A stretch of 64,000 bases of DNA from positions 121,057 through 185,056 of the forward strand of contig NMRA01000381.1 of NCBI GenBank assembly GCA_002633005.1. The letters run 5' to 3'. The notes beneath the pieces were generated by a model that was not told the origin of the DNA, ran no database searches, and saw only the letters and a program-made list of their open reading frames with translations. Position numbers and translations under genes: made by a program. Source of the DNA: Phoronis australis. Lineage: Eukaryota; Animalia; Phoronida. Below, one piece after another: positions 1 to 18,600 of this stretch; within the stretch, counting starts at the first letter, position 1, and each line of letters begins with the position of its first letter.

Positions 1-353
1 GTGTGAGATATGTCACTCAGGACAAGTTGAGAATGAGTTAATTTTTTGTTTCATTGCTGTATATATGACACTATTACAGAAAAAAAGTTTGATGCTTTTC
101 AAACTACATTTAGCCTAGATCGTAACTCATTCTTGAACGGTGAATTTTTATGTCTCACGTTTTCTAATGAAAGAGCCATACGTTCTTTAGCTAAAAGTCT
201 CAGGGATGCTTTTTCAATTTGGAAATTAAATTTGTACTCTATTGTTTTGTAACTAAATATCATTTCCTGTTGCTGTTATTTGAGTGTCATGTCTCAGAGA
301 TCCTTTTATGTTCTTCTATATTGTTATTAATTAATTGTGTAATTGCTACAGTA

Positions 354-480
354 ATGAATACACAGATTCTTCCATGTTCCTCCATGTTGCTGAAGGTCCT
401 CTTGGAAAGCAGTGCTGTCACTGAAGAGGCAACCCTCATTTTAAATATTACAATAAATAAAAATAAAATTATCGTTTAAA
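354..480 (+). mobile_element. 5'-truncated non-LTR retroposon 3' end (stem-loop + A-rich tail) with 10-bp TSD
   Basis: TGCTACAGTA at 344-353 and 481-490. Hairpin CCTCTT-ggaaag-CAGTG-ctgt-CACTG-AAGAGG at 398-429. Tail of AATAAA repeats. Confidence 0.55.
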
Positions 481-543
481 TGCTACAGTATTGTAAGCCT
501 CATCGAGGCAGGGTGCTGCTTAGGCACAATTCTTAAAATAAAA

Positions 544-602
544 ATTCATTCATTCATTCATTCATTCATTCATTCATTCATTCATTCATTCATTCATTCA
601 TT
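544..602. repeat. (ATTC)n microsatellite, ~14 units
   Basis: Perfect ATTC run directly after AATAAA; possibly a LINE/SINE tail. Confidence 0.95.
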
Positions 603-640
603 TACAGAGCCAACTATGAACAGCCAAGAATCATTTACTA

Positions 641-6293
<5,653 letters not shown>

Positions 6294-6637
6294 AGTTCAG
6301 CAGAAAAATTAGCAGTTCGGAGATCCCGCAAGTCACCTTAAAGATGGCTACCCAACTCTCGTCGAACAAACGTGAATTGTATGGGATACGTCTATTTTTG
6401 ACTGGGAGGACAAGGTATCTGTAATAAGTAGAAACTAGAAGTATTTTAGTTTTAGAACTTTGAAGCCTTAAATTTTATATTAAAATGTAAAATTTTTGAA
6501 TATTTTTTAGCATAAGACAATTGGTATGTCGTTTCAGAGACTATATTTATAGCAATATAGGCTTTTGTTCCACTTGAGTTTTTGGACTGTTCTGCATTGA
6601 CGTCACTGACCTCCATATTCTGTTGTCATTTGCGACG
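6294..6637. promoter_or_regulatory. Compact bidirectional promoter/5'UTR interval between PSMC2 and the Ubl-TM-ARM gene
   Basis: Divergent ATGs at 6293(-) and 6638(+). Perfect CRE TGACGTCA at 6598-6605; YY1-like AAGATGGC at 6341-6348. Just downstream, in intron 1, an inverted ETS pair ACCGGAAG/ACTTCCTG at 6743-6758 and GTCACGTCA at 6782-6790. Confidence 0.7.
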
Positions 6638-9600
6638 ATGCTCCTGTACGTTGAGAGCAAAGCTTTTCCTGTAAGTTTCTGGTTTGATATTTTGTGATGA
6701 CGTTCCCGGTCTATGAGTGGCACATCCTAATCAGTATTGTATACCGGAAGACTTCCTGAAAATTATGGATAAACTATCAAAGTCACGTCACTGTGTGTTC
6801 CTTCCACTTCTTTCAGCCAATTTCAGGATTTTCAGGTGTATCTGGACAGCTGAATCTGGAAATTGTTAATTGGACTAGGACTCTAGGAGGCAGTTGGAGT
6901 CTTTTAATTCTTCCAGCTCGAACAAATACGCCTTCATTCTGTCTGAGAAATCGTGAACTGAACTATTTCTATTGTTATGTTGCTTTACTGTGGGCATGTA
7001 ACTTTTTACTGAACCCCAAATTACATGTACTATGTACAGTTTGTAATAAACCTAGACTACAATACCCGATAAGTGAATAAAGCGCATAACCTTCAAACAT
7101 TTTGGTAATAATCGGATATGTATATCCTTTATTCACAGTGATTTGAGAACCAGTTACTCTGGCCACTGAATAAATCTGGTTATTCAGTGACAGTAACTCG
7201 ATTCTCAAATCACGTTTAAATCAGGGACTACCACCATTTCTTTGTACATTGTTGATCCCTTGCAAATCTTATAACTTAGATCCCCGCTATTAATCTGACA
7301 CAAGGCTTGACATGTGTTGACAAGAGCGGCTGTTACCACAAGTCACACCTTCTGCTGCTGCATTATGCTTCTTAGTTTGCATCTTTCGCAGACTCATTCT
7401 TTTTGCATGATTTGGCCTTGCATGAGAAACTATGCGAAAGGACTCAGCGGACATAATATTGAGGACAAAACACTGAAAGGGAGACAATTGCAGTGTATTT
7501 ATATCTTAGTTATTATTCCTGTCCTGTAGGTAGCTGTTTCCATACATGGTGTTCAGCGTTATTTTATCAATCAAATAGTTATTCAGTTAAGTATTACCAT
7601 TACAAGGTCTGTATGCTTTTGGTGTTCACATGTATTGTATTGGAATCTCCTCTATCATCAAACAAGGCTAATGCCAGGCTGTCAGTGGTGGGTTAACTAT
7701 ATTATAGGCCCTATGCTGAGCTCGACTGAGGGCCCTTGTGATATGTAATGATTAAGTTAAAAGTGTTCGTAGGAATACAATCTAGACAGTTGTTTATTCA
7801 ATTCAGCTGATTGTTATTTTGAAGCTTTGAAAAGCTACACAAAAGGATTAACATGTCATGACAAAAGAAATTTATGAATATGGTCACTTATTTTCATAGA
7901 AGCTTCTTTTAAGCACTCGGGCCAAAAACTCTAAAAAGATGAGGTTTTATTGTGCTGACTCTCTGAAAGGATGGATATCCCTATTTCCCGGCTTTATATC
8001 TAGCAAACTATATGGTTAAGTACCTCCGTTTTGCTAAATTAAACTAAAAAAACATGCTGACGTGATCCAATTAATGGCAGGTTGAAAAAAAGTCAAAAAT
8101 CAAATTCTTCATGCTGCTTACTTTCAGAAAATATTTTCTTTTTATGATTTAAAATGTTTAGTTTTGTAGATATTTGGCAAAATACTGAGACCTGCTAGTA
8201 AGGTGCTACATAACCTTAACTTGCCACTAAATGCAGTGTGTACTCCTTTGAAAGTACCTCTCATATCCTGTGTATGAAGGAAAGTCAGAGCAGCTGTTAC
8301 CGGAGCTTAAAGTTTAATCACTGAGGACATAGTGTTGTCAGCTTCCCATAGAGGGAGTCCTACCCAGGGGCACTTGTATAGGGGAGGTTTGTTAGGCATA
8401 CTGCTCAGACAAGTACTTTGCTTATGAAAGGTGCCTTTTATGATTTAATTCTGTGTGAAGTGGCACATTTTTGCCTCAGATCTCTCCAGAAGGGCTTCGT
8501 ATTTTAGCAAAGGGGCAATCAACTATCATTCCGTCAAAAAAACTAAAATTTTATGCCCCTTAGCGTTGTGCTGTTGGTCTCGACTTATTCCTTACTCAGA
8601 TGAACTGACAGTTTGTTATTCCTCGCAATAAGCTTGACGAACAAATTGACAGGCCATGACAAGTCAAGCTGTAGAGACAGGTGTCAATCAATAATGAACT
8701 GTCAGCTCTTTCCAAGCCCAGAAATAACACTTCTTTTAACTAAGAAACAATTTGAGGACCTATTTCATAGCAGTATTTGGTCTAAATCAACAAATTCTTT
8801 TGCGACAGAAGGTATTTTAATCAATTGTAATTCAATGAATAACATGTTATTGGGCTCAAACCCCTAGAAAATGATTTAATGAAAAAATATATAAATGTGA
8901 CTTTTTCTAATCAATGGTGGGTTATTACCTTTCAGCATAAAACGTTTGTTGTGTTGGTGAGTAGTGAAGACTGTGTGGCGCGTGTACGTGCTCAGCTGCT
9001 TCATATCTTGTATGAACTAGGCAGAGACAACCACCAGTTTAGGCTGCGACACAATGGTGTCTACTTGCGTGACGCATATACAGTAGCTGACTACAAACTT
9101 GTGGACAATGCCATCATTAAAATGGTGCCAATGTCTAAGAGACAAGAGGTAAGAGAAGTTTGTGTGACTTGGATTTCCTTCACGTCTTTGTTTAGAAAGT
9201 GGTGTGCAAATATTGCTGAAATTTATTTGAGCAAAAAAGATAAAATTTTTAAATTAATGAGTAGAACTTTTAATAGTTTATTTTAAGTTGTTGATCTAAA
9301 ACGAAAGACAAAATATTCAAGAAAAGGATCTATATTGTTGAAGTGATCACATGTCAATTGCTGGTTCAATTGGGTCACCATCATATGTCACATGTATTTG
9401 TAGTCTCTGCTTGATATGCGGTCAACAGCGTCAGATACACCGCTGGACCTGGGCTCAGGCCATGGGCAGCTGGTGCAGGACTCTCTGGCAAGGGAAGTAG
9501 CTGTGTTGAACCGACGGGAAAAGTGGATGTATGACTTTCATGTAAGTTGCTAAGCACTTGTGAAGTGAATGGTATTCTAGGGGTCTGTTATGTGACAACT

Positions 9601-12600
9601 GTTTGAAATTTAGTCCAATGCTCCACAGATGTATTTTGAAAACTAGCTTCAGTGAAGTACACAGTTTCTGAGAATATTCTCTAAATTGTAAAAATTATTG
9701 CTAATTGTAAGGTGCTAACAGTTACGTAACTATAGTAAAAATTGTTTCCGAAGAGGGAACCCAGAACAGATCTAGAGTCATACTAACAGTTTCACAAATG
9801 AAAGCAACAGAGTTGTCTAAAGCTTTTCAAAATTGGTATGCATGTTGTTACACAGTAATTTTCTTTTCATTTCAGGGTCTTTTGTACCTTCATTTTATGG
9901 CCTTGTGTTTCTGTATCCTAACCACATATTGGTACTCTGTATTTTGGACCCTGCTGATTTATGGATTTGCCATCTATTTTGCTCCACATTTCACAAGAGT
10001 CAGTGGATTTGTAGGCGGGAGCTTTATTAAGTAAGAAAATAAGTATGCCTGGAATATGCTGTGCAATACATTTGATTTCTTATTTTTGTTTTTAGCTATT
10101 ATTGTATTCAAATTTCACTTCTGTGTTTTTTCAAAATATGATTCTGAGAACTGAAGTGCTTTGTCTCTTGAAATGTTGGTCGTCAATATCATAGTTGTGG
10201 ATCAATTTGGGTTAAAAGTGAAGAAAATAATATCTGACACAAAATCAAAGTCACTAAAAACTATGCTGCTGGTTAAGGCAGTTATCTTGGACTTTGGTGC
10301 TAAAGCTCATTATTCTGCACCTAAATTTATAGGAAGATAATGCAGCTTCAACAGAGAGGCCATTTTTTGCCAATTCTAAATTGTTGTCTATTCATAAGTT
10401 TACATGTATTGATCTTCAAAACAAATTATCCTTGCTTCTGTTTTGCTGCAATTTTAGGCATTTTCAAGTGCAGTAATTTCAAAAATATGTTAAGTATAAG
10501 TTATTTTTTGTTGAAATGTACTTTGATGACATGTTAAGTCCCTCATTTTTGATAAGCTTTCTTTGTACTCATTACAATTTTATTTACTATTTTACATTTT
10601 CAATGCCACTGAAGCAAAAACAGTATTATTCTAAGTTTCGTTTTTAATCTATAATTTTGATACACAACTCACCAGGGCCCGGTCTCTAATCTTTGTACTC
10701 GAAACGAACTCGAAACTATTTTTGGCAATTTCTCTGCTCTTTTTGTGTGAACTTAAGATAATTGGTTATCAGACTGTGTTCGAATACATTATAGTTTATG
10801 CATAGGAGTTTCTAGTTCAAGTTTGCCCTTGAAGACCCTTTTNCTTGCGTGACGCATATACAGTAGCTGACTACAAACTTGTGGACAATGCCATCATTAA
10901 AATGGTGCCAATGTCTAAGAGACAAGAGGTAAGAGAAGTTTGTGTGACTTGGATTTCCTTCACGTCTTTGTTTAGAAGGTGGTGTGCAAATATTGCTGAA
11001 ATTTATTTGAGTAAAAAAGATAAAAAATTTAAATTAATAAGTAGAACTTTTAATAGTTTATTTTAAGTTGTTGATCTAAAACGAAAGACGAAATGTTCAA
11101 GAAAAGGATCAATATTGTTGAAGTGATCACATGTCAATTGCTGGTTCAATTGAGTGACCATCATACGTATTTGTAGTCTCTGCTTGATATGCGGTCAACA
11201 GCGTCAGATACACTGCTGGACCTGGGCTCAGGTCATGGACAGCTGGTGCAGGACTCTCTGGCAAGGGAAGTAGCTGTGTTGAACCGACGGGAAAAGTGGA
11301 TGTATGACTTTCATGTAAGTTGCCAGGCACTTGTGAATGGTATTCTAGGGGTCTGTTACATGACAACTGTTTGAAATTTAGTCCAATGCTCCACAGATGT
11401 ATTTTGAAAACTAGCTTCAGTGAAGTACACAGTTTCTGAGAATATTCTCTAAATTGTAAAAATTATTGTTAATTGTAAGGTGCTAACAGTTACGTAACTA
11501 TAATAAAAATTGTTTCCAAAGAGGGAACCCAGAACAGATCTAGAGTCATACTAACAGTTTCACAAATGAAAGCAACAGAGTTGTCTAAAGCTTTTCAAAA
11601 TTGGTATGCATGTTGTTACACAGTAATTTTCTTGTCATTTCAGGGTCTTCTGTACCTTCATTTTATGGCCTTGTGTTTCTGTATCCTAACCACCTATTGG
11701 TACTCTGTATTTTGGACCCTGCTGATTTATGGATTTGCCATCTATTTTGCTCCACATTTCACAAGAGTCAGTGGATTTGTAGGCGGGAGCTTTATTAAGT
11801 AAGAAAATAAGTATGCCTGGAATATTCTGTGCAATACATTTGATTTCATATTTTTGTTTTTAGCTATTATTGTATTCAAATTTCACTTCTGTATTTTTTC
11901 AAGATATGATTTTGACAACTGAAGTGCTTTGTCTCTTGAAATGTTGGTCGTCAATATCATAGTTTTGGATCAATTTGGGTTAAAAGTGAAGAAAGGAATA
12001 TCTGACACAAAATCAAAGTCACTAAAAACTATGCTGCTGGTTAAGTCAGTTAACTTGGGCTTTGGTTCTAAAGCTCATTATTCTGCACCTAAATTTATAG
12101 AAATATAATGCAGCTTCAACAGAGAGGCCATTTTTTGCCAATTCTAAATTGTTGTCTATTCATAAGTTTACATGTATTGATCTTCAAAACAAATTATCCT
12201 TGCTTCTGTTTTGCTGCAATTTTAGACATTTTTAAGTGCAGTAATTTCAAAAATATGTTAAGTATAAGTTATTTTTTGTTGAAATGTAATTTGATGATAT
12301 GTTAAGTCCCTCATTTTTGATAAGCTTTCTTTGTACTCATTACAATTTTATTTACTATTTTACATTTTCAATGCCACTGAAGCAAAAACAGTATTATTCT
12401 AAGTTTCGTTTTTAAGCTATAATTTTGATACACAACTCACCAGTTGACAACTATGAATATCTACATATTTCCCAAGCAAATGATGTTTAATTGCCTTGAT
12501 ATCTTCTTAAAACATGGCATGTCATGAACAAGAGAATGTGGTTGATGTGTTGAGATGTTATCGCTTGTTAATAGAGCGTTGTTTGTTTTAGTGTTCGGTT

Positions 12601-15600
12601 GTTCTGTGTGCTGTATGGAATATTCTGTTTTCTCAATATGGGAGCAGCTGCTGCATTGAGTACACTGGAGTGGATGAGAGTTATTGTGAGTAAAGTTCTT
12701 GGTATCTAGGTTTTGATGACAATTTCATTCTTTTGTGAATAAGGGTGTTGCCACATGACTGTCTCATAACTCATGTTCAAAATGTCATGTCTGTCTAAGT
12801 CTACTCACAAGAAGTGTTGTTGTCACTAAGAATTACTGGAAACTAAAGTTATATGTGAACAAATGATGACACCCTATTTGAGTTGCAATTTCAACGTATA
12901 CTCAGACATGCTGCTGCGTGATTGTGTAACTTTTGAGTTGAGTTCCATGTGCAGTTTAGCATGTTAATCTTTGTTTTCACTCAGTGTTGAGTATAATGTA
13001 TTTAAAGACTTCACTCATTGTGTCGCAGGCTCATGGGTGCAAGAACTGGGAATTTGTTGATGACTGCAGCCACCAGGTGGTGTTCTCGGCCTTCTTTTAT
13101 GCTGTGCACACTGTAATGTTACTGACATCGTTGATTATAACCATTCTCTTGTTGGTCAATTTTAAATTCAAGGTAAGTTGAGTGATGGTCACAGCTAAAG
13201 GAGCGCTAAACACATGCATTCACTAAAAAACAACGTGATATAAGTTGTATGCTAAACACATGCATTCACTAAACAACATGATATAAGTTGTATGCTATTG
13301 TAAAATTGGTCTCACCTTGTTTCTCTCTCAGATTAGAAATGATTTCTATGCTTAAGGTCTAAAGATTCATTTTATGTGTTGTGTAGCTCCCTCTACTTTC
13401 AATCAATGAGATTTTCACATAATTTTCTGCTGCCACTTTAATAGCATTTTGAATCATAATAAAAATTTCACAATCTTTTAATATCAAGAAATGACTGTAA
13501 TTTTTTTGCAAAAGTGCTCTAAGACATTTTTTGAGACATCAAATTGTCGAAACAGTTGCATTATACATGCGAAAATGCCAATACAAGTAAGTTTTGTCTT
13601 TGTTTTCATTTTTAGCAACTTTTTTGCTCAGTATTTTAAAACAAGAGCTGGCGGCAATCCTCAAGCAGCAGATAAATAACTAAGTTAATGAGTTCTTTAA
13701 GCATTATACACAATTGTTCTTTTAGTCATTGGTTACTGATTAACACGAACGTTTTTGAAATTAGTGGACTTGTTGCAAAGAAATAAGCAAAATCCAGGAA
13801 AAGGAATGCAGAAAACACGAATAAAGATAAATAGCTAAATTGCCTGAAATTTTGTAGTTAATCTCTTGCGTTTCTGCAACAAATCAAAAGATCTAAACAT
13901 TTTGTGGATTCATTCCTTTTTTGATCAGGTCATATTTGTGTGCCAGTTATGCATAGTTGTCAACACAAATCCGAAGAATGAGGTGCGATTTCATTTGAAA
14001 ACTGACTGACACAAAGTGTATGTTGTTTGATAGACTGGGGATTACATAGAGAGACATCTGGTGAAGAGTCGTGACATTGAAGAAGTTATGGAGGCTGCAA
14101 GACATGGCAAGTAAGTAAACAGATGTAATGTTAAAATGCCTTAGACACAAAACAGTTATGGGTAGAGGTGGGTACTGATTGACTGTTGAATATGTTTTCA
14201 GTAATACAATATGAAAGTTATTTTTGATGTACCATTAGCACGTGACTGCTGTTTTGCAAAGTTTATGAACAGGAAGAGCACAGCACAAAAAATGAGTCAC
14301 ATTCGCACATTTTTGAGAGCAGAAATGTTAGTGTGACTGTCGACTCATTATCATTTAGTTGTTTAGGCTTTGTTTCTTTGAAAATAAAGCACTGTTTCTT
14401 ATTGGTTGCAAAGACCATAAAATAAAGTATTTTTCATAGCAAAGTGTAGAATTGTTTTTTCATCTTGTTTTTCATGTGTTATGATTCTGTGGCCATTTAC
14501 TACTGGATTCATTGTAGGCCAAAAGAGAAGCGTGTGGCTGCCTTTGAGTTGGCTACTCTGGCTTCATCAGGTGATGACAACAAGTTTAGAATTGTAGCTG
14601 AAGGCGGGTAAGTGAGAAGTGCACTATCTTCTTCAGATTTATCATCTTTCATTACCACGAAGTAATTAATTGCTACTGATTACCAGACTGATAAATAATC
14701 GTGAGTATGCATAATGTTAAAATGCTGAATTAGACAAAAATTAGTGATCTAAAATTTTAAACCTATTACTAAATCTTGGCAAGTTTTATGTCTATTGCGT
14801 TCCCTGTGAGTGAATGTGTGAATGAGTGAAAACCAAACAATTAAAGTTATGTTACTAGCTTTGAAAAATGTTTTACGGATTAACATATTAAGGGTATTGA
14901 AACATTTCTGTGAACATTAAAACATCTCATGCTGTCTAGAGCTGCGGTGGATCTACAATTTCATTGAGAGGTTCACTGAACTAGTCGAGCCATTTTGTTT
15001 TGTTAGTCGCATTCTTTTGGCTTCCTGAAAGGGAACTTAAAACCCCTGAACTCTTTGCAGATCTGGCACTGTAGAATGTGCGACATAAAATGTAATTATA
15101 TTGTTTCCATATGCAGGTTGGATGTGTTGGTGACGTTAGCCTTGTCTACAGACCATGCCATACAAGAGTATGCAGCTGAAGCTTTAGCTGAGCTACTGAC
15201 TGTGCCTGCTATTCAGGTGAATAGTTTAATAAAACTTATTATTACGCGACTATTGATAATTGTGTCCTCTGACTGACTGAAACACAGTACGACAGCTTCC
15301 GATATATACCAATTTAGTGTGAAATATCACTTTTCATTCATTCTGCTCTAACATCATATGCCAATATTCGCGATCTGACTAATCAGACGCCATAGAAACC
15401 ATATAAGCTCTTGGAAGGTGCATCAAGGCAGGTAAGAACAAGCTGATTCCTGGTACACGAGAGACAAAAATCAAAGGAAAGAAGCATCAATGGTCGTGTA
15501 ATGGAACCTAAGTACAATCAAACTACATTAAATGTGTTACGGCTAAATGTGAACAAATGTCATACGCATTTGCATTTCTTTAGCTTTATACGGTATAAAA

Positions 15601-18600
15601 GTCGTGCTGTTGTGAAGCCAACTAGAAATTGTGTGTACCCTCCACGGTTGTCATTGTCGGAAGATTTTTTTGAACTAGATTCACTCACTTCATAGATTTG
15701 TTACATATAGCTTCAATGTTATTGTATTTGATGTTTCAATGAATTTGTGTTTTGTTTCCATTAGGACAATTTTGTTGAGATTGGAGGTGTGAGTACATTG
15801 ACTGCCCTGCTCCACGCATCAGAACCAAGAGTGGTGTTTGAGGCATTGTCAGCTTTGTCTTACATTGTTGCTGACTCAGAGCAAGGAATACATGCCATAG
15901 TCGCTGATCATGGGTAAGGCATCGTGCATACATCCTTTTGTGTTAAAACGGGGATTTTCATAAAAAAAGGACTTCGTTGCAAAAGATATGAGAATTGAAT
16001 TTTGTCAATTAAAAAATTTTCATAACTTTATTTAAACACATTTAGCTAACATACTTGTTGAAGGTTAGCTTTGAATTGAAGTATGCCTGTCATATGTTCA
16101 TACAACACTTGCATCATTTTGTAGTCACTTGTTATGGTCGCAAAGAATTGTTTTAAGAAATTCATTATGGATAGAATTAATAATCAGTGGAGTTGATTTC
16201 GTTATCAATGATAAAAAGTTTGGATGTAAAAATGAAGTATTTAGCATTTGTTACACATTGGAAGTTCAAGTCATTGAAAACAGAATGATTATGAAAACAT
16301 CCACTTTCATTCCTTTGCCAGTTACGTCTGTGTTGCACTTTAGTCTCTGGTTCCATCATAGCTTGCTTCCTTGTTGACTTTTGACTCTAGGTTTGAGGAT
16401 CTCGCCCACACTGTACACATCGATGACGTCATGATACAGAGGAGCGTGGCTGGCTTGTTTTTGGAATTATCCTTCAATACACAAATACGTACTCAAATGG
16501 CATCCATGAACACACCAGGTATTCAGTGCTTCTTGTATTACGCTCTCTATTCTCCTGCTGAAAAACTGATTATGCATTTACTTTGTCGCACTTGCTCTCA
16601 TGATTTATAATTTTCCTGATAATACTGTTTTACCATTATTCTGTTTTAGATTTTTGTCTGGGTAAATAGTGTGAAATCTGCATTTGGTTTCGTGTAGCTG
16701 TAATAATGCTTTATGGACACACACTTCCATCAGTTATACGTGATTTTGTCCACGAGGTGTGTTGACAACTTTGGAGTGACTACTATCCCTTGTGTTTCTA
16801 GCAAAAGCCATCATCAGCTTGTGCAGAAGTGATGACCCTGAGACTCAACGCATTGCTCTTCAGGCTTTGGAGTTGCTGGCAATTGAGAGTTCTGATATGA
16901 TTTGTGCACAGGTAACTAAGTTGAAACTTTTAATGTTTAACTCCGTGCTTCAGTTGAATTGTTTTGTTTATTGTAACTAGGTACACATGCACTCCGTTAA
17001 AAAAATTGACCGAATCATGGTAGCAAACCCTTACTACAGGCTCCAGAATTCTTCACATGGAGTCTTTACCACCCTCCACAAAACACTTAAAATGCACTGC
17101 AAGGACTCTTTACCTAAACCAGAACCTAAACTACAACCACATACAGCACACCCTTACCACAGTGTCTTAACAGGCCACTTGAGGCCACTAGCGTATAGTC
17201 TCGTAGAAGATGGGCATCAATAGTTTTATGGACTTCTAATAGATATCAATGTTTATTATTTTTAATTCAGAGATACACATCATTGTTGATAGTTGGTTTT
17301 GGAAGAGAATTTTTAATTTACATGTTCTGGAGGCCCTAGTTCAGTGAGTACCAGCGCACCATTCAACGATGTGTTGTCGTGCTGTGATTGCTTACTTGCA
17401 CTAAAATCTATGAAGTATAAGTGCTTGTACGTGGTCGAACCCCAGTTTCCATGGTAAGAGTGTGGACCATGTTAAGGAGTTGTTTCCCTTGCCTGTATAT
17501 TAAACATTGATATTCACTTGCATGCTGCAGCATGTGCCTAACATTGTGTTCAAAGAGACCTTTTCAAAGGCAATGTGTATTAAATGATTTCCCCTCACTT
17601 CCAGTTTGTACCCTCAGAATGCCCCAAAGGTTCTATAAAGCTAGATCCAATACCTGCATGATGTCTTCAAAGCTTATGCCAGTTTCCAGCTGTGTTATCT
17701 AAAGACATTGGCAGATATGAGTCAATAATTGCCAGTGTTGCTAAGATGTGCTATTTGATAGCAGGTAACAGACCAGTCACATGTAGTGCATAGGAGACTG
17801 GTGTTATCTGTGCTATGTTGAATTGATGTCAACGTGTTGTACTGCTTGATAACAGAGATATTGTTATCTGGCTGTTAAAACATATTTGTTTTTGCAGGGA
17901 GAGCTGATAGACATACTGGTGGACCTGCCTAGTCGTAGCATGGACCAGAAACTGTGCTTGTTGGCTGGCAAAATTCTCCTCTACTTTGCTGAGAAGCCAG
18001 AGGTATTAAAATTGTGAACCAATAAAAACGGATTAAAAAGTCTTTATGGATGTTGCAAAGCTCATCTTGATTTAGAGTGTTTTTAAGCTAATGTCATTTA
18101 ATTATTCACCAATACTTGATAGACCTTTGTTTAGCATTTTTACTTTGTAGTTGATATTTTTCATTTGTATTGTTTCCCACTCTTATCTCATGAATATTAT
18201 TTTCCCAGACTTGTGAAGATCTGTTGAATGCAGATGGCATCAGGGATTCTTTGCTGCGTTATGCTAAGACTCGTGATGCAACCCTTCAGAAGGTGGTGGC
18301 AAAAATCATTTTCTGTATGCTAGATGCACCGGAAACAAGGTAATGGCTTATTTCCTGCATTCACACTATATACAAAGAAAATGAATTCTCATGGGGGAAA
18401 TTTTGTGATAAAAATTTTCACCTGAAATTTTGTCACATTTAGTGACTTGGTAATTGTGTGACAAAATGTGAGCCAAGTAATTACTGTTTTGTTGACTTTG
18501 TAGTTATTTTATGTTGCATCAAGTGGTGGCTCCTTTTTCACAAATTGTAAAGTTATGGAAATCATCGAAATCACTGACAAATGTTATGTCTCACATGTGT

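Noticed and set aside
6638-9148. Cleavable ubiquitin/SUMO-type fusion
   Set aside because: No di-glycine at the end of the domain and low identity to ubiquitin: an integral UBL domain.
17337-17443. tRNA or SINE head (A-box-like TAGTTCAGTGAG, B-box-like GGTCGAACCCC)
   Set aside because: Boxes are imperfect and too far apart, no cloverleaf forms, and I saw no second copy in the window.
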